From NCBI RefSeq assembly GCF_009914755.1, contig NC_060927.1: 64,000 nt of DNA. The stretch is one strand, 5' to 3'. A model generated the notes under the pieces. It was not told the origin of the DNA, did not search any database, and worked only from the letters and a program-made list of their open reading frames with translations. Both the position numbers and the translations under genes were made by a program. Shown here in pieces: positions 1-17,633 of the stretch. Origin of the DNA: the human T2T-CHM13v2.0 reference genome, Homo sapiens. Position 1 is the first letter of the stretch. Every line of letters starts with the position of its first letter.

Positions 1-160
1 GTGTGGTGCCACGTGCCTGTAATCCCAGCTACTCAGGAGGCTGAGGCAGAGAATTGCTTAAACCCAGGAGGTGGAGGTGGCAGTGCGCCGAGATCATGCC
101 ACTGCACTCCAACCTGGGCTACAGAATGAGACCCCATCTCAAAAGAAAAAAAAAAAAAAG
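1..160 (+). mobile_element. Alu right arm (cut by window edge)
   Basis: Alu consensus and A tail. Confidence 0.9.
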
Positions 161-209
161 AACCCCTGCCCCTTACACTCCAGTGGAGGGAGCTTACATT
201 CTCATATCA

Positions 210-275
210 AATGGATACACAGATAAATAGACAGATGGATGGATGGATAAATGAATGGATAGACAGATGGAGACA
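210..275. repeat. Degenerate (GGAT/AGAT)n simple repeat
   Basis: gatggatggatggataaatgaatggatagacagatgg. Confidence 0.7.
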
Positions 276-322
276 GTCAGGTATGCAGGTCGTTATGGAG
301 TAGATGAGGTTAAACTGATTAA

Positions 323-623
323 TTTTTTTTTCTTTTTTGAGACAGGGTCTTGCTTTGTCGCCCAGGCTGGAGTGCAGTGGCACAATCTTGGCTCACTACA
401 GCTCCTCCTACCGGGCTCAAGTGATCCTCCCACCTCAGCCCCCCAAGTAGCTGGGACTACAGGCATGCACTAGCACACCCAGCTAATTTTTTGTATTTTT
501 TGTAGAGACGGGGTTTCGTCATGTTGCCCAGGCCGGTCTTGAACTTCTGAGCTCAAGCAATCCACTCACCTCAGCTTCCCAAAGTGCTGGGATTACAGGT
601 GTGAGCCACTGCACACCAGGCCT
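323..623 (-). mobile_element. Alu (J-like)
   Basis: Antisense Alu with T tail. Confidence 0.9.
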
Positions 624-625
624 GA

Positions 626-923
<298 letters not shown>

Positions 924-973
924 GAATTGATTCTTAAAAACGATAAAACAAGGTATCAGTCAAGGAAAGGAGG

Positions 974-1300
974 GGCCGGGCATGGTGGCTCACATCTGTA
1001 ATCCCAGCACTTTGGGAGGCCAAGGCAAGAGAATCATTTGAGGTCAGGTGTTTCAGACAAGACTGGGAAACATAGAGAGATCCCACCTCTAAAAGATTTT
1101 TTTTCAATTAGCCGAGCACAGTGGCCCACACCTGTAGTCCCAGCTACCTGGTGGCTGAGGTAGGAGGACTGCTTGAGCCCAGGAGATGGAGGCTGTAGTG
1201 AGCTATGATCACATCACTGTATTCCAGCCTGGGTGACAGAGCAAGATCCTGTCTCAAAAAATAAAAATAAAAATAAAAATAAATAATAAATAAATAAATA
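974..1300 (+). mobile_element. Alu (J-like) with (TAAAA)n/(TAAA)n tail
   Basis: Alu consensus. Confidence 0.9.
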
Positions 1301-1674
1301 AAAGAAGGAAAGGAGGAAGAAAAAGCCAGGAAGGCTCTCCAGGGAGGGGAGAAACACCGGGAAGATCAGGCAGGGTTTCTCAAGCTGGGCTCTCTGGGTA
1401 TCTGCAGGTGGTTCCCTCTGGCTAAATGTCAGGTCAGACAAGAGATGATGGTAGGAGGAAGGCAAGAGCCACAGAGCTTGGATCTGCCCTGCAGGTCATA
1501 GAGAACGAAAGGAAGATTTTAAAGAAGGGTGATAACAAAGATGGTACAATTAATCACAAATATGATTAAAGGTTTATATGTTGGGAAGATTCCACTCTCA
1601 AAGTAAATTGAGAACTCCCAAAGTTTTAAAATTGGCATTTTAGAGAGTTCATATAGCAAGCAAGAGGCCATATA

Positions 1675-1880
1675 GTCTGGAGGGAAAAGCTTGGGCTCAG
1701 AGGTCAGATTAAAACCCCAGCTTTGGCACACTTGTGTGACCTTGAGTGAGTTATTTTACTGCTCTGAGTCTGAGATTTTCATCAATAAAACAAGTGTATT
1801 ACACCCACCTGACAGAGCTATTGTGAGGATCAGAGATATTGTATGATGTACAAAGTGTATGACATCTAGTAGAGTCCCCA
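1675..1880 (+). mobile_element. MIR
   Basis: MIR core-like tgtgtgaccttgagtgagtta...ctgagtctgagattttcatc...ttgtgaggat. Confidence 0.65.
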
Positions 1881-2204
1881 CATGATCATTTTTAGCCATC
1901 ATAGGTTAAAGGAATCCCTAGACCTCTGAGGCTGCCATGATGGAGACTAACCCCAGCCTCCCGTGAGCCATCTCTTGGTCCTCCTGACAGGGACCACACA
2001 CTGCATTGCAGACTGAGCCAGTCAAAAAGTCCTGGATTCCTTTACAAATAACCTTAATGGGGCACTTTTACAGGGAGGGTTTGTGACCCAGAAATTTCCT
2101 TCAAGAGAGGAAATTTAGAAATCGATCATTTTCTGATTAGTCCACCAAGTTACATTTCCTTCCCTCCTTCCTTCCTCCCTCCCTCTCTCTTTCTTTCTTT
2201 CCTG

Positions 2205-2331
2205 ATTTATTTAGTAGAGATAGAATCTCGCTATGTTGTCTAGGCTGGACTCAAACTCCTGAGCTCAAGCCTCAAGCAATCCTCCTGCCTTGGCCTCCCA
2301 CAATGCTGGCATGAGCCACAGTACCCAGCCC
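2205..2331 (-). mobile_element. Alu monomer fragment (FLAM-like)
   Basis: Left-arm homology. Confidence 0.75.
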
Positions 2332-2872
2332 ATATTGCTTTATGATACCAATAGCCTAACATTGTCCCAAACCTATATCTCTTTCTAAAAGGCTTAAAGA
2401 AATGGCAGCCATTATTTCTAAATAAAATCATTCCATAAAGGCTAATTCCTAATATTTATTTCTCAAGTAAACACACTAAGATGACTGGCTTCCACCAACA
2501 TGCCAGCCATCTAGATATGTTTTGAATCATTATGCAACAAACTCAATTCACAAGCTCAGGTCTTCTGGAGTTCTTATACCAAAGATCAGAAAACTATAGA
2601 TGAATCCTAACTGGTCTCCAAACAAAAGGGAAGGAAAGTCTTGTTTCCCCAAAACAGGATTAGCATTCCACAGTATCAAGAAACCCAGTTTATCTTATTG
2701 TCTCATAAACTTGGATTTCTCATCACTCTGCCCTGATGGGGAAGAGGCAGCTTACAGAATCTGCACAGGATTTTTATGTATAGTGAATTAGTGTGTTGTG
2801 GTGTTGGCCTCCTTCTCACCCTCACCCTCGCAGCATTCCTTCCCTTCTTCCTCCCCTCCCCCACCTACATAC

Positions 2873-2958
2873 CTCTTTGGAGCACCAGGCACATTTTGGG
2901 TGGATTAGCAGACATTCTTCACATGAGGTGGCACTTCCACTAGTGCATATGTTGAGAC
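2873..2958 (-). CDS. ITGB5: Integrin beta-5, exon 2 (start of PSI domain [29 protein letters not shown])
   Basis: Acceptor TTTAAAG|GT, donor GAG|GTATGT; 86 nt, in frame with exon 1 (70+86=156); integrin-beta PSI cysteine pattern. Gene continues off the left edge. Confidence 0.97.
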
Positions 2959-3389
2959 CTTTAAAGCAAGATAAAGATGCACTAATTAGTTCCTGGCTAT
3001 AAACTTCATGGATCAAGCCTTTGAATAGGGGGAATTACATCCTTCTTTAACAGGAGGCCTCTCTGAGTCTAAAGGGTGCAGGTACCATTGCTAATTGCAG
3101 GTTAAGGCTCATTTGCTAAGGCTGAACATTGAGTTTTTGAAGCATTCACCAAGCATGCACGCTTGTGTTAGCGACTTCCATTTCTTCTGCTAGACCCACT
3201 TGGATTCTCATTTTCCCCATAACTCAGCAAATCCTCTCTTGCTGAGAGAAAACAAGGCCCCTTTACACTTAGTCTATCCAAAATGACAAAAATAGTACAA
3301 AAAAAAAAGAAAAGAAAAAAGAATACATTGGTTTTATTCAAGAATTTTTTTAAAAAAATAAAATTCTAAATCAAATACTCTCACATCAA

Positions 3390-5740
<2,351 letters not shown>

Positions 5741-6093
5741 AAAAAGTAAAAGAGAAGAAATGCCAAAATAGGGGTTAAAAAAAAAACAAACCAGTATCTT
5801 GCAACTGGAACATTTCCCTAATTTGCTAATTTTAACTCCCTGCTTCTCCTTTGTCACTAGCAGTAAAAACTCACAGAAATCGCAAACGGCAAAACTGCTG
5901 ACTGGCAGAGGGGTGGGTGCAGGAGGTGGTGGTAGGGGAAGGAAGCTTTATCATGTCACCCCAGGGACTTTAGAAGGAAGAAATACCAATTGGCATAAGG
6001 ATAGTAGCTGGGACCAGAGGGAAGGGAGAAACAGGCAGAAGCTGAGAGGCTAGGAAGAAAGGAAGAGAGGCTTTGAGAACCCACAGGGGGTGA

Positions 6094-6698
<605 letters not shown>

Positions 6699-7267
6699 TA
6701 GTGATTTTTAAATAGGCACTTAAGCCTTTAAAAACAAAAGTGTGTGCAGGAAAAGAGTTGCAAAATGTCAGTCCCATTTTTTGGTCAAATCCCCGTACCT
6801 GTCAGCAATCACTATCTGCAGGGGAAAAAAAATAAATCTAGAATGAAAGTAACTTTGCTCCTCCTCTCCTCAACCTTATCAAATACAAACTCAGGCTCGT
6901 TGTGGCATATCCTTTTCTTTGATATATAAAATCATTTTCATAAAATCATGAGATTATAGCACCTTGGGGCTAGGATTGTTTTAAGATGAGCTAGTCAAGT
7001 TGCCTCTTTTTATAGATGAAAATGTAAGATAATGAGAGTATGTGACTTGAAACAAGGAGCCCTATCTACAAAAAAGAGGTCAGACGGGGTCCTGACCAGC
7101 AAGTGCCCACATGGGATACCTGCCTGGTGGTCCCTCTGCCATCTTGGATGTAGGGCTGGTGTGACCTGCTGAGCTCTAGGGTCCTCTGGAGATCTGTAAC
7201 AGCCCCTTCATCAGAAAGGAATTTGAGGTCAAAGGCCTCACGTAGGACTCTGATCAAAGCCACATAA

Positions 7268-7565
7268 TTTTTTTTTTTAGACAGAGTCTTGCTTTGTTGC
7301 CCAAGCTGGACTGCAGGGGCATGATCTTGGCTCACTGCAACCTTGCTTCCCAAGTTCAAGTGATTCTCCTGCCTCAGCCTCCTGAATAGCTGAGATTACA
7401 GGCATATGCCATCACGCCTGGCTAATTTTTGTATTTTTAATAGAGATAGGGTTTCAGCATGTTGGACAGGCTGGTCTTCTGACTTCGACTCCTGACTTCA
7501 AGTGATCTGCCCACTTCAGCCTCCCAAAGTGCTGGGATTATAGACGTGAGCCACCGTACCCAGCT
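7268..7565 (-). mobile_element. Alu (S-like)
   Basis: Antisense Alu. Confidence 0.9.
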
Positions 7566-9039
7566 TCAAAGCCACATACATTTGCAAACAACACTTTATA
7601 ATTACCAGAGCCTCATCATGAGCTCTGGGAACTTGGGCTGGAGGTCCAGGGCTCAGGACAATAAGAGCTCCTCAATTCTGATGCAGATCAGACTGAGCTC
7701 TGGTCTTCTGGTCCACCAGCCTAAAAGCCCTTACTTAATTGGACACAATACCAAAGAAACTCAAAGGATGTGATAGTCACCTGGTATGAAAACATCATGA
7801 ACAACTGTAAAACAATTTGTCATATAGCATTACTAACTGTTTCTGTTATTATTAAATATTCACATGGAAAAGTAAAGTCGTTTGTACTCAAAATGATTGC
7901 CCTAAAATTCAGTTGCTGTTGGGACACATTCAAATTCAAGAAACTCTGCACTTAACACACCCTAAACGCTGAGCACTGGACTGGGGGGATGCTAGAAATG
8001 CACAGGTGAATGACCCACCAGCCCTTGATGTCCAGGAACTCACAGTGTGCCGGGTACCAGGTACCAGACAGGTACTCCAGGATCCAAAACCACAGGCTGT
8101 GTGCTGGTATGTGTAATGTCAGACTCACTCCCTTTGGCATCTCTCCTCTCTCCACCTATTAATATTTCAGAGTTTGGACTTTGCTGGATGAGTCATTTGG
8201 CACCAATAAGCATTTTGAAAAGGAAGGAAGCAATGAATAAAAAACTAAACACACGGAGTTCACAAATGTCAGTGTTAGGTCTAGGTCATGGAAACAGGAA
8301 CTAGCAGCCCAGATGATAGCCACATCTCATCTTCTTTGCTGTTTGCATAGTGACTATTCCCAGCTCGGTGGCAACTCCATGTATCTCTTTTGCCTCACGT
8401 CTCTGAAGCCCAGTGTTTACTGCAAACTGTAATCTAAAAATATGTTCTTCCAAAATTCACTGACTCACCCCTGTGTTTCATCAATCATTCAAGGAGCCAC
8501 CGCATCCGGTTGATCACTCCTTTCAAGATGCAAGAAATGTTTATCCTAAGCCAACCCTTCCTGTCTGCAACCTCTAGCCCCAACAACCCAAGCCAGGCCC
8601 TCTGGTCTAAATTCCTGCCATAGCCTCCTGGCTGGCCTCCTTCCATTCAGCCTCTCTCCACTTCTGTACACCCCATGGGTCCAAGGTCAGACAACTACTA
8701 CTAAAACATACATCTGCAGTTGGAATTTCCTGATCCAAAATATTCAGTAGGATAACAGAAGTGAATACAGAAGCTGAAATGGCCTTTCTGCCTTGAAGAT
8801 GGCAATGCCCTGGAATGCTTCTCCCCACACCCTGAACCAGGCCCTCACATTTGTCACACAATGGACAAAAGAGTCCCAGTATAGACTCCAGCAACTAAAT
8901 AGCCATATGTCTAAATGTTACCATGAAATGCAAATATGCCCTAGGAAGGTTCTATCCCAGCAGTTCTCATTCAAGACTGCCTTTATGAACATCAGACATC
9001 TGCACAACACTCAACAATACCAGCCTTACAGATCTGACT

Positions 9040-9870
9040 TCTATTTTTAAAACACCAATTCATATAATGGAGTGCTAGACAGCTATAAAGAAAGAATGAG
9101 CATGCTCTCTGTATTGACAGGAAGCTTACCCCAATACATCGCTAAGTTAAAAATAAAAAGCAAGATACATACTGTGTTTTGTGCTGCCTCTGAATAAAAA
9201 TGAAAGAGGGATATTCGTAACATATCCATAGAAACCCTCAGGATACATAAGAAAGCTTATTAGCTTTATAATAGGAACTATATAGGCACAATTTATTTAG
9301 AAAAGGGGGTCACAGAAATATCCCACACTGATGGGCAACAAGAAAGAGAGGCTTCTCGCTTGATATGAGTTATACTTTTAAAAATTATGGGACTATATTA
9401 CCTATCAAAAGGTATTTTTTTAAAGAGGCAATTGATTACCTCTATGTTCTTCTTCCAAAATCACCTAACTCTGTCTAATCACGGGAAAAAATCAGAAAAT
9501 CCCAAGAGGGGGATGATCTACAAAATATCTGACCAGTGCTTCTTAAAACTGTCAAGGTCATAAAAAACAAGGAAAAGACTGAGAAACTGTCACAGCCATG
9601 GGAACCCAAGGTGACATGACAACTCAATGTATTGTGGTATCTTGGATGGGATCCTAGAACAGAAAAAGGACTTAGGTAAACACTAAAGAAATCTAAACTG
9701 ATGGACTTTAGTTAATAATAACATATCAATATGGTTCATTAATTATAATAAAGGTACCATACTAATGTAAGATGTTAATAATAGGCAAAACTGGGTGTGA
9801 GGTAGATGGGAACTCTTTGCACTATCTTCTCAATTTTTCTGGAAATCTAAAACTGCTCTAAATTCTTTGA
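9040..9870 (+). mobile_element. Old L1 3'UTR fragments (L1MC/ME-like)
   Basis: gacatgacaact...gatcctagaacagaaaaagga...gatgttaataatagg...aatctaaaactg resembles L1MC 3' ends. Confidence 0.7.
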
Positions 9871-9882
9871 AGGCTTTTTTAA

Positions 9883-10058
9883 GGGCCAGGCACACTGGCT
9901 CACTTCTGTGATCCCAACAATTTGCAAGGACCAGGTGGGAGGAGCAGTTGAGCCCAGGAGTTCAAGCTACAGTGGGCCATGATCACGCTAATGCACTCCA
10001 ACTTGGGTGACAGAGCGAGATTCTGTCTTTTTTTAAAAAATAAATAAATAAATAAAAG
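9883..10058 (+). mobile_element. Alu monomer / internally deleted Alu
   Basis: About 170 bp Alu homology with tail. Confidence 0.8.
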
Positions 10059-10063
10059 AGACA

Positions 10064-10699
<636 letters not shown>

Positions 10700-11085
10700 A
10701 AATCTTTTAAATAAAGTTTTTCTAAGCCCATTAAAATCCTGGGGTGAGAGAAGGGATCATCTGAGTACCAAGCATTGTGGCTGTGTCAGGGACACAGGTA
10801 AATAAGACCAGGGCTATTAACCAGGTAGCAGGTGAGACAGACCAGCTGCAGCCCCCAGTCTCTCTAATGGAATGGGCCATGAAAGCAGGAGGAGGAGGAG
10901 ATAGTTCTGCTCCACCCAGGGATGTAGGGAAGGAGAACAGGATATACTGGGTATAAAAGATCAGAGGACTTGTTCTGTCACTTATTGGTTATGTGACCTA
11001 GGGCAAGTCACTTAACCTTTCCAGGCCTCAGCTTCCTCATGCAAACAACTCAGGGAGTAGACCAAATGGCCTCCATACCAGCTCA

Positions 11086-12150
<1,065 letters not shown>

Positions 12151-13834
12151 GTTGCAGAAGTAGGTCCCAGCTCTACAAGAGACAACCAGCTCTGAAAATG
12201 TCTGGCTGGAGTTGGGGAGGGAATCCTATAAAGAGAGGGCAGGGTACCCCGCAGTGCCTTCAAAGCATCAGCCTTAGGGGATGAGTCAAGCCTGTCTTAG
12301 AGCAAACTTTTCACCATGAGGCCCGGGAAGTAAACCCTGCATTCAACGGAAGCAAGAAGCCTCAGAAACAAATGGGTGCCTCTAAATAAAGCATTCCTTT
12401 ACATTTATAGAGGCCATTAATCCCATTCGAACCGGAAAGAAGGAAAACAAACCACGGCAGTCAGTTCTCCAAGGCCCTCGGCTCCAGCCAACTGGAAATA
12501 CCTGTGAAAAGAGACCCTATCCCATTAACCCAGCTGCACACTGCCATGTGAAAGGGGCCCTATTATTTAAGTAGTTTGTAATTGTCCCACATTACTGATA
12601 TCGTTAAAGCATCTCAGAATATTTCCATGGCCAGGCTGAAGAAGAAAAAGTAGTTACCAGGCCACGCAGGCACAAAAGGCCTTTTGCCAAACTACTTAGA
12701 TATTTTAATTCCCCGTTGCCTCAGTAGCTAAATAAGCATGGAGAACAAGCAGGCGGGGAATACTAATTAGAGCTAATTAGACCCTGCCCTCTTCTGCCTC
12801 AATCCCCTTTATAAAAAGCTCCCCCAACTCAAGGATGATGGAGTTAAAATGTAAATCCATAGGATAAACAGCAGTCTACAGACCAAACCCACTGTTTGTA
12901 TTTCATTGTCCTGTCAGCTCTAAACCTGTGCCTGGTTACCTACAGAGAGCTGCAGACCCAGCCAAATTCCAACAACCCCATCACAGACCACAGGAAATGT
13001 GGTAGGGGGTTGGGGGTAGAGGAAGGGTGCTGCCAACATGAGTCCACTAAATAAAACAAAGGGCTTTCTTAGGATGTGCAGAGCATTCACTAGAAGAACA
13101 TTCGATTGCTTTTTTAAAAAGAAATGAATGTGATAGCACACATAATTCCAGCGGTGTTGCAGGATCCTCTTTATAAGACGGTGTTCCTCTCTCTGTCTTA
13201 GCAAAGGCAGCGTGGAAAAGCCTCACCTCAGTGAGACCCCTGGTTTTGTGGGAAGACCACATCCTAGGATTCTGTCTGAAGGCTCTTGGCCATAAGATAA
13301 TAAAAAGAGCAGGAGATAGCCCTTGGTGGGGACGGGAGGGGGTTGTCAGCCGGCCAGGGACTTGTTTGAAATGAGCCCCTGAAACCTAAGGTCAGTTTCC
13401 TGCTGGAAATCCGTACTGAGATGAAAGTGGGGTTAGAGCAACAGAGAGAGGCACTCAACCACTGGTCCAGGAACACCCAGGCAGGCATGGCCCTGAGGGT
13501 CATCTCTTTCTTTTCTCTGAGTAACTAGGTTTTTTTCTTTCAAATAATGTTCCTAGTGGCAAGACAGAAACACTCCCTGAATAAAGTACCTGTAGTGCTT
13601 CAAGAAAACAAAGAAGGGAAGGGAAGCAAAAAAAAAAAAGAAAAAAAAAAAGAATGTTGAAGTTAATTCAGCAACACTGAAAAACTAGGAGAAATGACAC
13701 AGATGTGAGTCAACCTCTGCTAATCCTGAGAAGCTTCAGGGCCCTAAGAGGTAAGCAGCAAGTTCTGGAGGCCAGTGCCATGGCTTGCTCCACCACCACC
13801 ACCACCAAAACCTGTAGTCAAAGAGATGGGCAGA

Positions 13835-14128
13835 GGCCAGCCGTGGTGGCTCACACCTGTAATCCTAGCATTTTGGGAGGCCGAGGCGGGCGGATCACCT
13901 GAGGTTGGGAGTTAGAGACCAGCCTGACCAACATGGTGAAACCCTGTCTCTACTAAAAATACAAAATTAGCCAGGCGTGGTGGTACATGCCTGTAATCCC
14001 AGTTACTCAGCAGGACAATCACTTGAACCTGAGAGGCAGAGGTTGTGGTGAGCTGAGATCATGCCACTGTACACCATCCTGGGCAACAAGAGTGAGACTC
14101 TGTCTCAAAAAAAAAGAAAAGAAAAGAT
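13835..14128 (+). mobile_element. Alu (S-like)
   Basis: Alu consensus. Confidence 0.9.
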
Positions 14129-14404
14129 AGGCAATGGGAAAACAGGACCCCAAAAGAGTTGCAAATGAACCACCATGCTCAGTGCTTTTCTCTTCCTTAA
14201 GCTGAGTCGGTAGGACAAAGGGCACTGGACCAAAAGCCATGGTCCCTGGTCCACCACTCCTGACCCAAGTAGAGGGGAAGGGCAAGTCACTTCCTTCCTG
14301 AGCCCATATGAGAAAATGGACATCACCGTGAAGATGTACGTGAACTCTGAAAAAGAGAAAGCAAGATGCAAGTGGAAAATAATGTATTTTTAGAAATTAT
14401 TCGC

Positions 14405-14698
<294 letters not shown>

Positions 14699-15499
14699 TT
14701 ATTTGCAACTAGAAATTATTATTATAATTCTGTTTGTCAGAATTACAGAATGTCAAGCTGGAAAGGAACTTAAAAGCCATCTCCTTTGGCAGTTTCTGAA
14801 CTTTTGGATTTCAAAGAAAACTAAGATTTAAAAACAAAACAAAAGAAACAAACAGAAAAAGAGAAGGGGAGCTTAACATAGGGTTGTCAGATTTTCTTAT
14901 TTTGCCAAAATTAAAAACTACTAATATTATTAAGAAGTATTAAAAGAAAATGTTCCCACCAAAAAAAGAAAAAGTGCCTAATTTCAAACTAAAGGAAAGT
15001 CCTTGTGGAGCAGGGGAGCGTTGACAACAATACATTCCTGTGTGATGCAGGCTACATCTTCCTGCTCCTCGCTTTCCCTAGGGACCCATGAAAATATCCG
15101 TGATGGGCACTGGCTGCCGGATGGGTGTTTGGAATCCACTCATCTACTCTCCAAGCTCTGGAGTGATTATTTTCCCATTTAAAACAAAAACCAAAAACCT
15201 TGCTACAGTATTAAGTTTGAATTAGGGTCTGAACGAAGTTATTGTTTGCTCAGACCCCTCCTCCGCTCTTAAACCTAAACCTCCACTGCCTTCATGTAAA
15301 TGAGACACCGTGGGGGAACAGTCCTCCCTTCGGGCAGCCAGGCAACCACTTGGCTCACAAGAGCAATCAAGTATCTCCGGCTTGAAAGTTAATAGAGCAC
15401 TATTATTTCCTAAAAGAAAGGAGAAAATCCGCATCCCAAACAAGTGCATCCTTCCTCGAGGGCCTCCAAACTACCACGTCCAATCATCTCCCAACTCTG

Positions 15500-17310
15500 A
15501 AAAGTTAGAGCAGGTAACCGAGGGATCCTTGCAACGCTGCCAGCCCACCGCAGCGTCGGGCTAAGGCAATCTCCACAGCCCCTGTCCTCTGCTCCAGAAT
15601 CCTCCACAGTTAGGGGAGTGTGAGGCTCCGAGCGTGTGCAAATCGCGGGATAAAGTCGGGCAGAAGGAATTTAATAGGGAAGTCCCAGGTGGGGCTGTGG
15701 TTTGGGACGCGGGTGCCCCCTCGGGTTTGCGGTGGCCTAGGCGAGGAGGAAGCAGGCGGGGGGCGGGGAGGGTGGGGGCTGCATCTTCAAAAGCAGGCGG
15801 CTAGCCTAGGCGCAGCGAACTCCAGGATTCGCTGTGGGCCCTGTGCACCCGCTGTTCCAGGAGGCGAGCCCTCCGGAGTGGAGGTGGCCCCGGGCTTTGG
15901 CTGGGGTTTCGAGACTCCCTTGCTTCTCCGGGAACAGGGCACCGACGGCATCCCCCCAGCAGCCCGCCCGCTCCCGGCCGGCCACAAGGACCGCTTTGTG
16001 CCCGCCAACGGAGAGCCCGGGCCCCAAGGCAGGGCTGGCGGCGGTCCTCCCCGTGCCCTGGGCGCGGGCCCTGGCGGGCTAGGTCAGCAGGCCGGCCAGG
16101 CTGTTTACACAGGAAGGGAAGCTCCTCCTCAGCCCGGGAGGGAACAGGAGACTCACGACAGCCCGGCGGGGCTGCGCGCGGGGAGCGCCCCGCGGGGCTG
16201 TCCCCCAGCGACTGGCCCACCAGGGAGTGCCCCGAAGGCGCCCTCCGCCCTCAGGCACCGCCTGCGCTCCCCGCCCCTCCGAGACGCCCGCCCGCGGCTG
16301 AGTGCGCGACAAAGTTTCTCTGGGCGCCGTGGGCGGCGCGGCTTACCTGCGAGCCGGGGCAGGAGCGCGCAGAGCCCCAGGAGGCAGGCGTACAGCGGCG
16401 CCGGGGCCCGCGGCATGGTGGGGCGCCTCCCTCAGCGGCGGCGCGGTCGCTGCACTCCGCGGGGGCCGGCGGCCGGGGCTGGGGCCGGAGCGCGGGGGCC
16501 GAGGGCCGGGGGCCGCAGCCGCATGCCCCGCGCGCAGCTCCGGCTCACGGCGCCCGCGCTGGCCCGCGCCCCGCCGCCACCATCCGTCCCGCAGCACTCA
16601 CGGCCGAGTCCCGGGACCGCGGCTGCCCTGGCTGGCCGGCCGGGACTCCTAGTGTGTCGCCGCTCGGGACGGCCCCAGCGGGCTGCTCCGGGTAGGGGAG
16701 GGGCTGGCTCCGCTCGGCGGCCGCGACTTGGGCTCCGAGACGCGCCCAGCGCCGAGACTCCCCCGCGCGCCGGCACACTCTGCCCCTGGCCTCCGCCCCT
16801 TCCCTTCCTCCCTCCGGCCCGCCAGGCTCCACTTTCCTCCTCTCCTTTCTCCTCCCCTTCTCTCCCCTGCCAGGCCCTCGCCCGGCCGCCACACGGTCAG
16901 CTTACGGTGAGGCGGGGCGGGGCGAGCTCCGGGCCGGGCCAGCTCCGCCCTGTGCGGGGACCGGCCCGGGACGCGGAGGCCCTACGGGCCCAGGTGGAAG
17001 TCGCTTGCGACTCACTTGGGGCGTGGGGGGCTCGAAACCACTGAGTAGAGCCCGCTCCCGTTGCTTAGCCGCCCGTCACCACGGGAAAGGGGCGGGGCAC
17101 GCTGTATTAGGCGAGCCGAGATTACTTGGGCCAAAGGCGGTTGCTAGACTGCGAGAGGGAGAGCAGGTACGGGGGTCGTGCCGGTACCGCCTCATCCTCC
17201 CAAAGCCTCACTGCCGGCGGCCTGAGATGGGACGTAGACGCCCGCGCGTGGAACCGCAAAGCGACTTCTGGATGAGCAAGGGAGGGCGTGGTGGGGCGTG
17301 GAGGCACAAG
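15500..17310. promoter_or_regulatory. ITGB5: CpG island / TATA-less ITGB5 promoter, 5'UTR and start of intron 1
   Basis: Very high GC and CpG density around exon 1; GC boxes at 16911-16924 and 17089-17098; KLF/Sp GGGCGTGG at 17284-17291 and 17294-17301. TSS not determinable from sequence. Confidence 0.92.
16347..16416 (-). CDS. ITGB5: Integrin beta-5, coding exon 1 (signal peptide [23 protein letters not shown])
   Basis: ATG in Kozak context CCCACCATGC; peptide matches the known ITGB5 signal peptide; donor GCAG|GTAAGC after 70 nt (phase 1). Confidence 0.97.
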
Positions 17311-17321
17311 TAAAACCTACA

Positions 17322-17633
17322 TTTCTTTTTCTTTTCTTTTTTTTTTTTTTTTGAGACAGCGTCTTGCTCTCACTCAGGCTGGAGTGCACTGGCCCAGTCT
17401 TGGCTCACTGCAGCCTGGACCTCCTGGGCTCAAAGGTTCCTCCACCTTAGCCTCCTGAGTAACTGGGACTACAGGCGCGCGCCACCACACCCGGACAATT
17501 TTTACATGTTTTGTAGAGATGGGGGTCTCGCTGTGTTGCTCAGGTTAGTCTTGAACTCCTGGGCTCAAGCATTCCTCCTGTGTCTGCCTCCTAAAGTGCT
17601 GAGATTACAGGTGCGAGCCACCGCGCCCGGCCC
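17322..17633 (-). mobile_element. Alu (J-like) at the upstream edge of the CpG island
   Basis: Antisense Alu. Confidence 0.9.

Noticed and set aside
15620-17044. 474-aa plus-strand ORF antisense to ITGB5 exon 1 (GTG start; internal ATG at 16415 overlapping the ITGB5 ATG)
   Set aside because: Low-complexity R/P/G/A composition with no domain; stop codons are rare in a very GC-rich island; the overlapping ATG follows from the CATG palindrome. Ribo-seq or PhyloCSF support would be needed
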